A DNA stretch of 64,000 nt from an uncultured Gammaproteobacteria bacterium. GTDB lineage: Bacteria > Pseudomonadota > Gammaproteobacteria > Pseudomonadales > Halieaceae. Within the stretch, counting starts at the first letter, position 1. Each line of letters opens with the position of its first letter. The position numbers and the translations under genes were made by a program. The stretch is taken from positions 78,474 through 142,473 of the forward strand of contig CAWIZY010000007.1 of the NCBI GenBank assembly GCA_963840725.1, written 5' to 3'. The notes below the pieces were generated by a model. It did no database searches and was not told where the DNA came from. It was given only the letters and a program-made list of their open reading frames with translations. Shown here one piece after another: positions 9,970-21,240 of the stretch.

Positions 9970-10863
9970 GTGCAGAAAACGCGACCGGACACACCCGACG
10001 AAACCGCGGGCGATGGCCCCGCTGCCAAGGGTGAGAAACTGCAGAAGGTGCTGGCGCGCACCGGACTGGGGTCACGGCGCGAGATGGAGCGCTGGATAGA
10101 GAGTGGCCGCGTGACGGTGGATGGCAAAATTGCCGGCCTCGGCGCACGGGTCGATGTGCGGGCCCGGATCAGCATCGACGGGAAACCCCTGCGCGCAGCG
10201 CCCGCCGAGCACACGCGATGTATCATTTACCATAAACCGGTTGGCGAGGTCTGCTCACGCAGTGATCCTCAGGGCCGCCGTACCGTCTTCGAGCGTTTGC
10301 CCAAGCTAAAAAGTGGGCGCTGGATATCGATTGGTCGCCTGGATTACAACACATCGGGCCTGCTGCTGTTCACCACTGACGGAGAGCTCGCCAACGCGCT
10401 CATGCACCCTTCGGCCAACATCGAGCGAGAGTACATGGTGCGGGTGATGGGCGAGGTTGAAGAGGCGCAATTGCAGCGAATGCTGGAAGGCGTGATGCTG
10501 GAAGACGGTGTGGCCCGGTTTACCGATATCCAGGATGGTGGAGGTGACGGCATTAACCGCTGGTTCTACGTGGTGTTGATGGAAGGGCGCAATCGCGAGG
10601 TTAGACGACTTTGGGAGTCTCAGGGGCTGACCGTGTCGCGGCTCAAGCGGGTTCGGTACGGTGATGTTTTTATTCCATCTAAGGTCAAGCAGGGCCAGTG
10701 GCTGGAATTGGAATCCAAAGAAATGAAGAGCTTGTATCGGCTTGCGGGCCTGCCGCCCAAATCCTTGCAGAAAAGCAGCGGTAAAGAACGTCAGGTCATG
10801 GAACGTCAATTCAACAAGCGTCAGGGGCCAGGTGGCGGTGGTCGTCGCCCCGCCAAGCGTTAG
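9970..10863 (+). CDS. rluB: 23S rRNA pseudouridine(2605) synthase
   Basis: S4 domain ('[30 protein letters not shown]'), '[17 protein letters not shown]' and a basic C-terminal tail. Confidence 0.9.
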   Translation: MQKTRPDTPDETAGDGPAAKGEKLQKVLARTGLGSRREMERWIESGRVTVDGKIAGLGARVDVRARISIDGKPLRAAPAEHTRCIIYHKPVGEVCSRSDPQGRRTVFERLPKLKSGRWISIGRLDYNTSGLLLFTTDGELANALMHPSANIEREYMVRVMGEVEEAQLQRMLEGVMLEDGVARFTDIQDGGGDGINRWFYVVLMEGRNREVRRLWESQGLTVSRLKRVRYGDVFIPSKVKQGQWLELESKEMKSLYRLAGLPPKSLQKSSGKERQVMERQFNKRQGPGGGGRRPAKR

Positions 10864-10907
10864 GGCGCCTTGATTGCGGGTTTGCCTGAAAGCCTGAGCC
10901 CCGCTCC

Positions 10908-11666
10908 TTACTGGGCGTCAAAACTCTTGCCATTTTCGTCAGCACTGTCTTCGCCCATCAGGTAGAGATAGGCGTTCATGATGTCTTCGGGGCCGGGGTT
11001 CGTGGTGGGCTGTTCTGCGGGGTAAGCGCTCCGTCGCATTGCGGTATTGGTGGCGCCGGGGTTGATGCAATTGACGCGCACTCTGGATGTATTTTCCAAC
11101 TCACTGGCCAGCACTTGAACCAGCCCCTCGGTGGCGAACTTGGAGACAGCATACGCACCCCAGAACGCTTTGCCCGTGCGACCGACGCCCGAAGAGGTGA
11201 AAACCAGTGACGCAGTGGGCGCGGCCTGTAAGAGCGGTAGCAAGTGCCGGGTAAGCAGGAAGGCTCCGTTGACGTTGACCTGCATGACCCTTTGCCACTC
11301 GCTGTAGGTAGCACTCTCGATCGGGCGTCTCTCCCCCAGTATCCCGGCGTTGTGCAGCAGTCCGTCCAGATGGCCGAACGCTGCGGTCAACTCTGCAGCG
11401 AGGCGAGCGCACTCCGCTTCGGTTGCGTGTTCCAGATCCAGTTCTATAATGGCAGCCTTGGGTGCGCCGGCCGCCTCAATCGCATCGTACACCTCCTCAA
11501 GCTTACTGCCCGTTCGCCCCAGCAGCAGCACCGTGGCGCCGGCTGCCGCATAGGCCTGTGCGGCGGCCCGACCGATCCCGTCACCGGCCCCGGTCACGAG
11601 AATGGTTTTTCCCTCCAGCAGCGCTTCCGCCGGTGCATAGTGGCTGGGAATAGCGAAGGTCTGCAT
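10908..11666 (-). CDS. yciK: YciK-family SDR oxidoreductase
   Basis: 'ILVTGAGDGIGRA' Rossmann motif and 'YAVSKFA' catalytic YxxxK. Synteny with ubiG/HAD phosphatase matches Pseudomonas. Confidence 0.8.
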   Translation of the reverse strand: MQTFAIPSHYAPAEALLEGKTILVTGAGDGIGRAAAQAYAAAGATVLLLGRTGSKLEEVYDAIEAAGAPKAAIIELDLEHATEAECARLAAELTAAFGHLDGLLHNAGILGERRPIESATYSEWQRVMQVNVNGAFLLTRHLLPLLQAAPTASLVFTSSGVGRTGKAFWGAYAVSKFATEGLVQVLASELENTSRVRVNCINPGATNTAMRRSAYPAEQPTTNPGPEDIMNAYLYLMGEDSADENGKSFDAQ

Positions 11667-11689
11667 CGCAGCGGTCTCCTGATAGCGGG

Positions 11690-12361
11690 TTAGGTTGGCA
11701 GCAGCAGGTTCATCAGCTCCGTACTGCAGTTGACCGTGGCACTGGCGCCCCAGCGGTCGAGGTCCTCATCCGGGTGAATATAGCCATAGCCCGCAGTGAT
11801 GGTATACATACCGGCATTGCGCCCGGCCTGAATATCGCGGAGATGGTCGCCGACATAAATAGCCTGATGAGGTGCGCAATCCAGTTCACGACAGTTTCGG
11901 TAGAGCGATTCCGGGTGTGGCTTGCGCTCAGCGACGTCATCTGAGCAAACAACAGAGTCGGGCGGCGGAGTGAGCGCCAGTTTTGCCAGCAGCGGCTCGG
12001 TGAACCTGCGTGGCTTATTAGTGGCGATGCCCCAGCGGATGCCGCGTTCCGCCAACGCCGTCAGCAGTGTCGATAGCCCTGGATACAGGCTTGCGTTGGT
12101 GCCAAGCTCTGCGCTATAGAATTCGAGCAGGCGCTCTCTCTCCGTTTCAAACTCAGGTGCCGAGTCCGGCAAACCCAGGGCCAGAGTCACCAGTGATGCG
12201 GCACCATTGGAGACGCTGGCACGAATTGCCTGGGCATCCACTGCCGGCCGTTGATGGTATGCCAGCAGCGCTTGAACTGCGACGACGAACTCGTCGGCGG
12301 TATCAACAAGTGTGCCGTCGAGATCAAAAATCACCGCCCGAAGGTCATCAGGTTTTTTCAT
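11690..12361 (-). CDS. HAD-superfamily phosphatase (phosphoglycolate phosphatase/MupP-like)
   Basis: '[12 protein letters not shown]' is HAD motif I and '[16 protein letters not shown]' is motif IV. Its position downstream of ubiG matches mupP in Pseudomonas. Confidence 0.75.
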   Translation of the reverse strand: MKKPDDLRAVIFDLDGTLVDTADEFVVAVQALLAYHQRPAVDAQAIRASVSNGAASLVTLALGLPDSAPEFETERERLLEFYSAELGTNASLYPGLSTLLTALAERGIRWGIATNKPRRFTEPLLAKLALTPPPDSVVCSDDVAERKPHPESLYRNCRELDCAPHQAIYVGDHLRDIQAGRNAGMYTITAGYGYIHPDEDLDRWGASATVNCSTELMNLLLPT

Positions 12362-13071
12362 TGGGCGGGCCGGGTGGCGTGCACCATGTAGTTCACTGAC
12401 ACGTCGTTTTCTTCGAGTCGATACTCTCCGGTGAGTGGATTGTAGGTGAGGCCGGTCATGCCCTGCAGCGCCAGACCGGTGGCCCTGATCCAGCCGGCCA
12501 ACTCAGAGGGTTTTATGAACCGGGCATATTCATGGGTGCCGACTGGCAGCATGCGCAGCAGATGCTCGGCACCGACAATCGCGAATAAAAACGACTTGGG
12601 ATTTCGGTTCAGCGTCGAGAAGTAAACACTGCCGCCCGGCTTTACCAGCTCGGAACAGGCTTTGACGACAGCGCCGGGGTCCGGCACGTGCTCCAGCATC
12701 TCCAGGCAACAGACGATATCGAATTGCCGGGGTGCCTCACTGGCTAACTGCTCGGCCGTTGACTGGTGGTATTTTACCTCCAGCCCCGCATCACGCTGAT
12801 GCTCCCGGGCCACGGACAGGGGTGCCTCGCCCATGTCTATGCCGGTGACCAGCGCCCCGCGCTGAGCCATGGATTCAGCGAGGATACCGCCACCGCAGCC
12901 GACATCAACCAGCTCCTTGCCGGCCACGGGCGAATGCAGATCAATGTAATTTGCGCGCAGCGGGTTGATGCGGTGCAAGGGCTGAAACTCACCTTCGGGG
13001 TCCCACCAGCGCGAAGCCAGGGACTCAAACTTGGCGATTTCCTGTGGGTCAAAATTCAATTCCTTGTTCAT
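12358..13071 (-). CDS. ubiG: Bifunctional 3-demethylubiquinol 3-O-methyltransferase / 2-polyprenyl-6-hydroxyphenol methylase
   Basis: '[15 protein letters not shown]' and '[12 protein letters not shown]' (SAM-binding motif). Start placed at the ATG at 13071, which forms an ATGA overlap with the mtaD stop. Confidence 0.9.
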   Translation of the reverse strand: MNKELNFDPQEIAKFESLASRWWDPEGEFQPLHRINPLRANYIDLHSPVAGKELVDVGCGGGILAESMAQRGALVTGIDMGEAPLSVAREHQRDAGLEVKYHQSTAEQLASEAPRQFDIVCCLEMLEHVPDPGAVVKACSELVKPGGSVYFSTLNRNPKSFLFAIVGAEHLLRMLPVGTHEYARFIKPSELAGWIRATGLALQGMTGLTYNPLTGEYRLEENDVSVNYMVHATRPAQ

Positions 13072-14393
13072 GATTTCGCTATCCTGACTTGCCACTGCTG
13101 CACCCGCTGCAGCAGATTGTTGAGGTCATGTCCGATCAGGCGTCGCGCTTCCATCACCGGTGTTCCGTCGATCCAGCTGTGGGTGACCTGGCTCGCGGAA
13201 GCGGCGTAAACCAGCTGTGACAAGGGGTGATAAAGTGGCTGGGTTTCCGGTTGGCTCAGGTCTACAGCGATCATGTCGGCGCGTTTGCCGGGCTCCAGGC
13301 TGCCAACCAGGTCAGCCAGCCCCAGCGCTCTGGCGCCGCAAATGGTCGCCATTGACAGGGCACGCGAGGCCGGCAGTGCCGTGGCGTCGGCGGAACGTAG
13401 TTTGGCGAGCAGTGCGGCTGTCTGCAGCTCGCCGAACATATTCAAATCGTTATTGCTGGCAGCACTGTCGGTCCCCAGTGCGACATTGATGCCGGCGTCC
13501 TGCAGACGGTTGACGGGACAGCAGCCCGATGCCAGTTTCATATTGGATTGGGGGCAATGAATGACGTGGGCGCCCGACTGGGCCAACAGTGCAATGTCCT
13601 GATCCCCGAGGTCGGTCATGTGGACACATTGGGTTCGCGGGCCCAGCAGGCCCAGACGGTTGAGCATATCCAGCGGTCGCTCGCCGGAGTGCTCGACTGC
13701 CATCAATACCTCACTGGCAGTCTCGTGCAGGTGGATATGCACCGGGAGGTCAAGCTCGGCTGCCAGCGTGGAAATCTTGGTCAGATTGGCCTCGGAGACA
13801 GTGTAGGGTGCGTGAGGGCCGAATACGACAGTGATTCTTGGATCGTGCTTGTATTGGTCCCGAAGTGCCAGGCCTTTGCTGATATATTCGTCAGCGTCGC
13901 GGGCCCAGATTGTTGGGAAGTCAAAAACGGGAAATGTGATTTGACAGCGCATGCCCATGGCGCCGGCCACATCGGCGCAGACGTCGGGAAAGAAGTACAT
14001 ATCACTGAAGGTGGTGGTACCGCTGCGGAGCATTTCGGTGATCGCCAGCTCCACACCAACGCGGACAAACTCGGCGCTCATGTGTTGACTCTCTGCCGGC
14101 CAGATGTGCTCCTCCAACCAGGGCATCAGCGGCAGGTCGTCTGCATAGCCCCGCAGCAGGGTCATGGCCGCATGTCCGTGGGCGTTGATGAGGCCCGGTA
14201 GCAAAGCGTGACCGGGTAACTCCAGCTCGTTGCCGGCGCTGATTGCTTGCGCTTCCCCGCGCGGCAGCAGCGCGCTGACGCAGCCATCTCGCAGCGCGAT
14301 ACTGTAGTCCTCCAGCACGACACCCTCGGGCACCACTGGAATGATCCAGCCGGGGTGGATGAGAGTGTCCACGGAATCGGGGAGGTCGCTCAT
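13068..14393 (-). CDS. mtaD: 5-methylthioadenosine/S-adenosylhomocysteine deaminase (TRZ/ATZ amidohydrolase)
   Basis: 441 aa. '[17 protein letters not shown]' (metal-binding HxH) and 'HLHET' motifs. Synteny with ubiG. Confidence 0.85.
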   Translation of the reverse strand: MSDLPDSVDTLIHPGWIIPVVPEGVVLEDYSIALRDGCVSALLPRGEAQAISAGNELELPGHALLPGLINAHGHAAMTLLRGYADDLPLMPWLEEHIWPAESQHMSAEFVRVGVELAITEMLRSGTTTFSDMYFFPDVCADVAGAMGMRCQITFPVFDFPTIWARDADEYISKGLALRDQYKHDPRITVVFGPHAPYTVSEANLTKISTLAAELDLPVHIHLHETASEVLMAVEHSGERPLDMLNRLGLLGPRTQCVHMTDLGDQDIALLAQSGAHVIHCPQSNMKLASGCCPVNRLQDAGINVALGTDSAASNNDLNMFGELQTAALLAKLRSADATALPASRALSMATICGARALGLADLVGSLEPGKRADMIAVDLSQPETQPLYHPLSQLVYAASASQVTHSWIDGTPVMEARRLIGHDLNNLLQRVQQWQVRIAKS

Positions 14394-14911
14394 GTTGGGC
14401 TGGCTGTCCTTGTGTAGCCTCTATTCGATGCTTCGTTCGACCAGCGGCTGCACTGGTTTTGCAGCGAATTGACTGATCGCCGCGCAGTATAACCGCAAAT
14501 TGTCGCTGCGCGTCGTGCTGCGGGCTCAAAACCCGCTTGCAGCGGCTAAAAACATAGCGGAAATGCGCCGATTTCCGTATAATTGCGCGCTGGTGAGCGG
14601 AGGGTCTCTGGCCGCGGTGCGTTGCATCAGGCGTCGGAGTCTGGTGGCGATATCTTTGAAGCTGGCGGCCCCTTTGAAGCGCCTGTGGAAAAGCCGGTCG
14701 AATAAGGTGGAATAGATTGTCGGACGGGTTAGAGCGACCGATGGTCATGCTTGATCAGGCCGGCGTCCCGGGCATCGCCGCAGGGCCTTAATCGGGCGCG
14801 GCGCAGTATATGCGGCCATAATAAACGGCGCCTGTGGTGCGCGGTGTGTGAATCCGGTGCGCGAGTCAGCTTCTTGAGTGAAAGGGGTGCTGCGAGAGCG
14901 CTGAGCAGCCT

Positions 14912-14990
14912 TTTTAGCTAGTAGCCAAACGATTTTAGCTAGTAGCCAAACGATTTTAGCTAGCAGCCAAAATTTAGTTAGTGGCAAAAA
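14912..14990. repeat. 21-bp tandem repeat, about 3.7 copies (unit TTTTAGCTAGTAGCCAAACGA)
   Basis: Two identical copies at 14912-14932 and 14933-14953, followed by two degenerating copies (TTTTAGCTAGCAGCCAAAA, TTTAGTTAGTGGCAAAAA). It lies in the 839-bp mtaD-gyrA intergenic region, about 245 bp upstream of the gyrA ATG. Confidence 0.9.
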
Positions 14991-15232
14991 TAAAGGTGCC
15001 TGCAAGGAGCGAGGTGGGGTGTATACGGCCTACCATCCTGCGCGTTTGTCCTCTTCAGCGATCTCTTTCGCTGCAGTTGTACTGGTTGCAGTCGGCGTCG
15101 CTTTAGGGGTGGGATCAGTCGGGCGTGGCGTCTGCCATAGACTTTTGGCATTGAGTTAGGGCTTCAGATTTTCGTGTCGCGATAGCGCTACACGAGGTTC
15201 GGGTAATAGTCAGACCAAGGAAACGCGTTTAA

Positions 15233-17947
15233 ATGGGTGACATCGCTAAAGAAATCGTCCCGGTTAACATTGAGGATGAACTGAAACAGTCTTATCTCGA
15301 CTACGCCATGAGCGTTATCGTCGGCCGGGCTCTGCCCGATGTGCGAGATGGCCTCAAGCCTGTTCACCGGCGGGTACTGCACGCGATGAACGAGCTGAAC
15401 AACGACTGGAATAAACCCTACAAAAAGTCAGCGCGGATTGTGGGTGATGTAATCGGTAAGTATCACCCTCATGGTGACTCGGCTGTTTACGATACCATTG
15501 TGCGGATGGCGCAACCGTTTTCCATGCGCTACATGTTGGTAGACGGGCAGGGAAATTTTGGTTCCGTAGATGGGGATTCGGCCGCAGCCATGCGGTATAC
15601 CGAAATCCGCATGCAGAAAATCTCTCATTCGATGCTGGCGGATCTTGATAAAGAGACGGTCGATTTTGTCGACAACTACGACGGCACCGAACAGATTCCG
15701 GCTGTTCTGCCTACCCGCATACCCACTCTCCTGGTGAATGGTTCCTCAGGTATCGCCGTAGGAATGGCCACCAACATTCCGCCCCACAACCTCACCGAGG
15801 TTATCAGTGGTGCGCTGGCGCTGATGAGGGATCCGGGTATTACGGTTGATGAGTTGATGGAGCACATCCCGGGACCAGATTTTCCCACCGGAGCCATCAT
15901 CAACGGGCGTGCGGGGATTATTCAGGCCTACCGCACCGGTCGTGGTCGGATCTATGTGCGTGCCCGTGCCGAAGTCATTCATGACGAAAAGCGCGGCAAA
16001 GACATCATTCTTATCCACGAGATTCCCTATCAGCTCAACAAGGCGCGATTGATAGAGCGTATAGCGGAGCTGGTTAAAGAGAAAAAAATCGAGGGTATCA
16101 CTGAACTGCGCGATGAGTCCGACAAGGACGGCCTGCGTGTGGTGATAGAACTGCGGCGCGGTGAAATGGGCGACGTGGTGCTCAACAATTTGTACGCCCA
16201 GACCCAACTGCAGTCCGTTTTTGGCATTAACATTGTCGCTCTGGTAGACGGGCAGCCAAAGATACTCAATCTCAAGCAGATTCTGGAAGCATTCATCCGG
16301 CATCGTCGCGAGGTGGTTACGAGGCGCACGGTCTATCTACTGCGCAAGGCGAGAGAGCGGGGCCATGTGCTCGAAGGCTTGGCCATTGCGCTGAGTAATA
16401 TTGACCCGGTGATTGAATTGATCAAATCCTCACCGAGTGCCAGCGAGGCGCGTGAAAAGCTCATCGCCGAGGCTTGGGCTCCCGGCGATGTGATTGCCAT
16501 GCTGGAGCGTGCCGGGCCCGATGCCTGTCGGCCTGAAGAGCTGGATCCTCGCTTCGGACTGCATGACGGTCTGTACCATTTGTCACCCGTGCAGGCGCAG
16601 GCGATTCTGGATCTGCGCCTGCACCGCTTGACGGGTTTGGAACATGAGAAGCTGCTCAATGAGTATCAGGAAAAGTTGGTGGAAATCGCAGATTTTCTCG
16701 ACATACTCGCTGACCCTGACCGGCTAAAAATTGTCATCCGAGAAGAACTTGAGGAAATTGTTACTGAGTTTGGCGATGAAAGGCGTACGGAGATCACCGC
16801 GTCCCAGCACGACCTGACGGTAGAGGATTTGATCACCGAAGAGGATCGCGTGGTGACTATCTCGCACGGCGGTTACGCGAAAACCCAGCCGCTCTCTGAC
16901 TACCAGGCCCAGCGGCGCGGTGGCACGGGTAAATCGGCGACCGCGGTCAAGGACGAGGACTTTGTCGAGCATCTACTCATCGCAAGCACTCATGCGACCA
17001 TCCTGTGTTTTTCCAATGTGGGCAAAGTCTACTGGCTGAAGGTTTTTCACATTCCCCTCGCGGGACGAAATTCCAGAGGCCGACCGATGGTAAATTTATT
17101 GCCACTGGAAGAGGGCGAGCGGGTGACATCCATCCTGCCTGTTGAAGAGTATCTGGACGACCATTACATTTTTATGGCAACCGCCAGCGGGACAGTGAAA
17201 AAGACTGCGCTGACTGACTTTGCACGCCAGCGCAGCGTCGGATTGCGTGCCATCGAACTCGATGAAGGCGACGTGCTGGTGGGTACCGCCATCACCCGCG
17301 GCGACTGTGACGTCATGCTCTTCAGCAGTGAGGGAAAAGCGGTGCGTTTCCGAGAAGGCGATGTGAGGGCCATGGGGCGCACGGCACGCGGTGTTCGCGG
17401 TATCCGTCTCGGCCAGGGGCATCAGATGATTTCCCTGATTATTCCGGAGACCGAGGGAAGAGTGCTGACGGTGAGCGAAAACGGGTATGGGAAACGAACC
17501 GAAATCGATGAATTTCCAACCAAGGGCCGGGGCAATATGGGGGTCATCGCGATGTCCACCAGTGAGCGCAACGGTCGTCTTGTCGGTGCGATTCAGGTGT
17601 TTGACGGTGATGAACTGATGTTAATTTCCAATCAGGGCACCATGGTGCGCACCCGCGCCGAAGAGGTCTCTGTGTTGGGGCGTAACACGCAGGGCGTGCG
17701 TGTTATTCGTACCAAGGATGATGAGACCCTGGTCGGTGTGGAGCGTATCGATGAGCCCGAACCCGAAGCTGAAATAGGCGTCGAAGCCGAGGCGGGATCT
17801 GCCCCTGGCGAAGCCGCGACAGCTGACGGCATTGACTCAGTCGGCGATGCAGAGAATGACGGGGCCGCAGACGAAGGTGCTATCGGAGGAGATGGTATTA
17901 AAGGAGACGGTACCGAAGAAGACGGTACCGAAGACGATGGGGCCTGA
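15233..17947 (+). CDS. gyrA: DNA gyrase subunit A
   Basis: 904 aa. '[11 protein letters not shown]' and '[11 protein letters not shown]' (active-site Tyr), beta-pinwheel CTD repeats and a long acidic tail. Confidence 0.97.
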   Translation: MGDIAKEIVPVNIEDELKQSYLDYAMSVIVGRALPDVRDGLKPVHRRVLHAMNELNNDWNKPYKKSARIVGDVIGKYHPHGDSAVYDTIVRMAQPFSMRYMLVDGQGNFGSVDGDSAAAMRYTEIRMQKISHSMLADLDKETVDFVDNYDGTEQIPAVLPTRIPTLLVNGSSGIAVGMATNIPPHNLTEVISGALALMRDPGITVDELMEHIPGPDFPTGAIINGRAGIIQAYRTGRGRIYVRARAEVIHDEKRGKDIILIHEIPYQLNKARLIERIAELVKEKKIEGITELRDESDKDGLRVVIELRRGEMGDVVLNNLYAQTQLQSVFGINIVALVDGQPKILNLKQILEAFIRHRREVVTRRTVYLLRKARERGHVLEGLAIALSNIDPVIELIKSSPSASEAREKLIAEAWAPGDVIAMLERAGPDACRPEELDPRFGLHDGLYHLSPVQAQAILDLRLHRLTGLEHEKLLNEYQEKLVEIADFLDILADPDRLKIVIREELEEIVTEFGDERRTEITASQHDLTVEDLITEEDRVVTISHGGYAKTQPLSDYQAQRRGGTGKSATAVKDEDFVEHLLIASTHATILCFSNVGKVYWLKVFHIPLAGRNSRGRPMVNLLPLEEGERVTSILPVEEYLDDHYIFMATASGTVKKTALTDFARQRSVGLRAIELDEGDVLVGTAITRGDCDVMLFSSEGKAVRFREGDVRAMGRTARGVRGIRLGQGHQMISLIIPETEGRVLTVSENGYGKRTEIDEFPTKGRGNMGVIAMSTSERNGRLVGAIQVFDGDELMLISNQGTMVRTRAEEVSVLGRNTQGVRVIRTKDDETLVGVERIDEPEPEAEIGVEAEAGSAPGEAATADGIDSVGDAENDGAADEGAIGGDGIKGDGTEEDGTEDDGA

Positions 17948-18046
17948 AACGACCGGGTCAAAGGCGATTCACAAGGCAACTGAAACGAGTGCGTAGCAAC
18001 TGGCGATGGCTAGTCCCGGAACAACAGCTATGAGGAAGGTGGAATA

Positions 18047-19126
18047 ATGAGTCGTCGTTACAACTTTTGCGCAGGGCCGGCGGCCCTGCCGGAAGCCGTG
18101 CTGGAAACAGCCCGCCAGGACATGCTGGACTGGCATGACACGGGCCTGTCTTTTATGGAAATGAGCCACCGCAGCCCAGAGGTCGTGGGTGTCGCTCACC
18201 GCGCCGAGGCGGCACTGCGAGAACTGCTGGCGATTTCCGACGACTATGCGATTTTGTTTTTGCAAGGTGGTGCCAGCACCCAGTTTGCTGCTGCGCCCCT
18301 TAATTTGCTGGCTGGGAAAGGTAACGCAGATTATGTCAATACTGGACAATGGTCCAAGAAGGCGATCGCAGAGGCCCGCCGTTACTGCAGTGTGAACGTC
18401 GTTGCCAGCTCCGAGGGCAGTAACTTTACCGGTATTCCCGCTGCGGAGACCTGGCAGCTGGGCAGTGAGGCGGCTTATCTTCACTACACCCCGAATGAGA
18501 CGATTGGTGGGGTGGAGTTTTCCTGGATACCTGATGTCCCTGCGCCACTGGTAGCAGACATGTCGTCTACGATTCTCTCCAGGCCGCTTGATGTGAGCCG
18601 CTTTGGTGTCATCTATGCAGGCGCTCAAAAAAATATCGGTCCCGCGGGTTTGACGCTGGTAATCGTGCGTCGGGATCTGCTGGGAATGGCGTCTGAACAC
18701 TGTCCTGCGATGCTGAATTGGCAGCTTGCCGCTGACAATGATTCAATGTACAACACCCCACCAACCTTCGCGCTGTATCTGGCCGCGCTGGTGTTTGACT
18801 GGTTGCAGGCACAGGGCGGGTTGGAGGCGCTGGAAGTCGTTAACCGCCGCAAAGCCGAGAAGCTTTATGGGTTTATCGACCGCAGCGGGTTTTACGCCAA
18901 CCCGGTAGAGCTTGCGAGCCGCTCATTGATGAATGTGCCGTTCACGCTGGCCGATGCAGCATTGGATAAGGATTTTTTGCAGGATGCAGAGTCAGCCGGC
19001 CTGCTCAACCTCAAGGGGCATCGATCGGTGGGGGGCATGCGTGCCAGTATCTACAACGCTGTGAGCGAGGAAGCCGTGGACGCTTTGATCGATTTCATGG
19101 CTGATTTTCAGCAGCGCCGCGGCTGA
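18047..19126 (+). CDS. serC: 3-phosphoserine/phosphohydroxythreonine aminotransferase
   Basis: 359 aa. 'YNFCAGPAALPEAVLE' and 'GAQKNIGPAGLT' (PLP Lys). Confidence 0.95.
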   Translation: MSRRYNFCAGPAALPEAVLETARQDMLDWHDTGLSFMEMSHRSPEVVGVAHRAEAALRELLAISDDYAILFLQGGASTQFAAAPLNLLAGKGNADYVNTGQWSKKAIAEARRYCSVNVVASSEGSNFTGIPAAETWQLGSEAAYLHYTPNETIGGVEFSWIPDVPAPLVADMSSTILSRPLDVSRFGVIYAGAQKNIGPAGLTLVIVRRDLLGMASEHCPAMLNWQLAADNDSMYNTPPTFALYLAALVFDWLQAQGGLEALEVVNRRKAEKLYGFIDRSGFYANPVELASRSLMNVPFTLADAALDKDFLQDAESAGLLNLKGHRSVGGMRASIYNAVSEEAVDALIDFMADFQQRRG

Positions 19127-19161
19127 GGTGCCGCCGCTGATAAGCCGGGTAGCCAGGGGCC

Positions 19162-20280
19162 ATGACTGACGCCAAAGAGCTTGAACAAATCAGGGTAGAT
19201 ATCGATACCATTGATCAGCGGATTCAGCATTTGCTGGGTGAACGTGCGGGTTGTGCGCAGCGCGTGGCAGAAATCAAGATGGCCGAGGTGCTCGCTGCCC
19301 GGGAGCGGGGAGAACCGGAGGTCGAGGTGGTGTACTACCGCCCCGAGCGAGAGGCCCAGGTTCTGAAACGTATTATGGACCGCAATCAGGGACCGTTGGC
19401 GGGAGAGACAGTAGCGCATATTTTTCGCGAGATCATGTCAGCCTGCCTCGCTCTGGAACGACCCCTGCAGGTGGCCTACCTCGGACCGGAGGGGACGTTT
19501 ACTCAGGCGGCGACCTTGAAACATTTCGGGCATGCGGCCGTCTGCGTCTCCCAGACGTCGATTGACGAGGTATTCGCCCGGGTAGAATCCGGCGAGTGCA
19601 ATTATGGCGTAGTGCCGGTCGAAAACTCCACAGAGGGTATGGTGAACCATACTCTGGACAGTTTTCTGGATTCGCCGCTGAAAATTTCCGGGGAGGTGGA
19701 AATACGCATCGTTCATCATCTGCTGGTCGCGGCCCACACCTCTGCCGAGGGAATTACTCGCATTTGTGCCCATCAACAGGCGTTGGCACAGTGCCGGCAC
19801 TGGCTGGATACACACTGGCCTGGTGTCCCGCGTGAGGCAGTGAGCAGCAATGGCGAGGCAGCGCGCTGTGCCGCGCAAACACCCGGCATAGCGGCTGTGG
19901 CCGGCGAAATGGCGGCGGAACAGTATCAACTTGAGAAGCTTGCCGAACATATCGAGGACTACGCCGACAACACTACCCGCTTTCTGGTGATCGGTAGAGA
20001 GGAGGTCCCCCCCAGCGGGCGAGACAAGACCTCGATCGTCGTGTCCAGCCGCAACAAACCGGGCGCACTCTACGCACTGCTGGACCCTTTTCGGCAGCGT
20101 GGCGTCAGTCTGACACGTATAGATACCCGTCCCTCGCGCACTGAGAAGTGGGCCTATGTTTTTTTCATTGAGTTCGAGGGGCACGTGCAGGACGAGACCA
20201 TCAGTGGGCTCATTGATGAGCTCAATGAGCAGTCGATACTGCTGAAACCGTTGGGTTCCTATCCGCGTGCAGTGCTGTAA
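19162..20280 (+). CDS. pheA: Bifunctional chorismate mutase / prephenate dehydratase (P-protein)
   Basis: N-terminal CM helix ('LEQIRVDIDTIDQRI'), PDT domain and an ACT domain with 'LTRIDTRPSR'. Confidence 0.95.
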   Translation: MTDAKELEQIRVDIDTIDQRIQHLLGERAGCAQRVAEIKMAEVLAARERGEPEVEVVYYRPEREAQVLKRIMDRNQGPLAGETVAHIFREIMSACLALERPLQVAYLGPEGTFTQAATLKHFGHAAVCVSQTSIDEVFARVESGECNYGVVPVENSTEGMVNHTLDSFLDSPLKISGEVEIRIVHHLLVAAHTSAEGITRICAHQQALAQCRHWLDTHWPGVPREAVSSNGEAARCAAQTPGIAAVAGEMAAEQYQLEKLAEHIEDYADNTTRFLVIGREEVPPSGRDKTSIVVSSRNKPGALYALLDPFRQRGVSLTRIDTRPSRTEKWAYVFFIEFEGHVQDETISGLIDELNEQSILLKPLGSYPRAVL

Positions 20281-20292
20281 ACCGGTGATTAC

Positions 20293-21237
20293 GTGACTGA
20301 CCTTCATGGCTCTGGCACTGATACGGTGGTGATCATGGGGCTGGGGCTTATCGGCGGGTCATTGGCACGGTCACTGCGCGCTTCTGGCTTCAGCCGCCGT
20401 CTCATGGGCTATGACCATTGTGCCCAGACCTTGGCTGAAGGCATGGAGCTGGGGCTTATCGATGATTACACCCTGGACCCCGAAGAGGCGCTGCAGCGTG
20501 CCGACCTGCTGGTCCTGGCTGTGCCGACAATGGCAACCGAGCGCCTGCTGGCGCAATTGCTGCCGCTGCTGTCACGCCGCCGAACATCACCGGTAATCAC
20601 CGATGTGGCGAGCGTCAAAGGTAACTTGCTGCGCACAGCCCTGGCGGTCAATGGCGATCAGATGCCGCCCAAACTGATACTGGGGCATCCCATCGCGGGC
20701 TCTGAGCGCAGCGGCCTGGCAGCGTCGGATGCCGGGTTGTTCTGCAAGCACCGGGTTATTCTCACTCCGGTAAAGGGTAACGACCCGGAAGCGCTGGAGC
20801 TGGTGAAGGTCATGTGGGCCTGTACTGGCGCTGAGGTGGTCGAAATGGGTGTGGCGGAGCACGACGCGATTCTGGCGGCGACCAGTCACCTGCCCCATGT
20901 CCTCGCATTCGCACTGGTGGACGCCCTTGCCAAGTCGGAGCTGAGCGAGGAGATTTTCCGCTTTGCTGCTGGTGGTTTCCGGGACTTTACCCGCATTGCC
21001 TCCAGCGACCCGGTGATGTGGCGCGATATTGCGCTGGCCAATAAAGACTCACTGCTGGCCAGTATCGATCAGTTTCAGGCGCATCTCGACGAGCTCCGCA
21101 GTGCCGTGGCGAGCCAGGCTTCAGAGCCGTTATTGGAAACTTTTACCCGTGCCAAAGCTGCTCGGGATCGATTCACCGCTGAACTGGCGGTCCGCGGGTC
21201 GGACGTCACTGATGGCCATACTGCGAGCAGGTCCTGA
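20293..21237 (+). CDS. tyrA: Prephenate/arogenate dehydrogenase
   Basis: 'VVIMGLGLIGGSLA' Rossmann motif and 'HDAILAATSHLPHV'. It is separate from aroA, not fused. Confidence 0.85.
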   Translation: MTDLHGSGTDTVVIMGLGLIGGSLARSLRASGFSRRLMGYDHCAQTLAEGMELGLIDDYTLDPEEALQRADLLVLAVPTMATERLLAQLLPLLSRRRTSPVITDVASVKGNLLRTALAVNGDQMPPKLILGHPIAGSERSGLAASDAGLFCKHRVILTPVKGNDPEALELVKVMWACTGAEVVEMGVAEHDAILAATSHLPHVLAFALVDALAKSELSEEIFRFAAGGFRDFTRIASSDPVMWRDIALANKDSLLASIDQFQAHLDELRSAVASQASEPLLETFTRAKAARDRFTAELAVRGSDVTDGHTASRS

Positions 21238-21240
21238 CTC

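Noticed and set aside
14002-14748. 248-aa minus-strand ORF extending from mtaD into the intergenic region
   Set aside because: It is out of frame with mtaD over most of its length and Arg/Pro/Gln/Ala-rich. The genuine mtaD start at 14393 fits the family N-terminus.
14394-14911. Possible riboswitch or known sRNA (TPP, cobalamin, SAH, 6S, RNase P, tmRNA, SRP) in the long intergenic region
   Set aside because: None of the hallmark conserved segments of these RNAs could be found by eye. Only a weak promoter-like hexamer and a weak hairpin support any transcript.
14912-14990. 21-bp repeats as a CRISPR array
   Set aside because: The copies are directly abutting with no spacers, the units are too short, and no cas genes are present.
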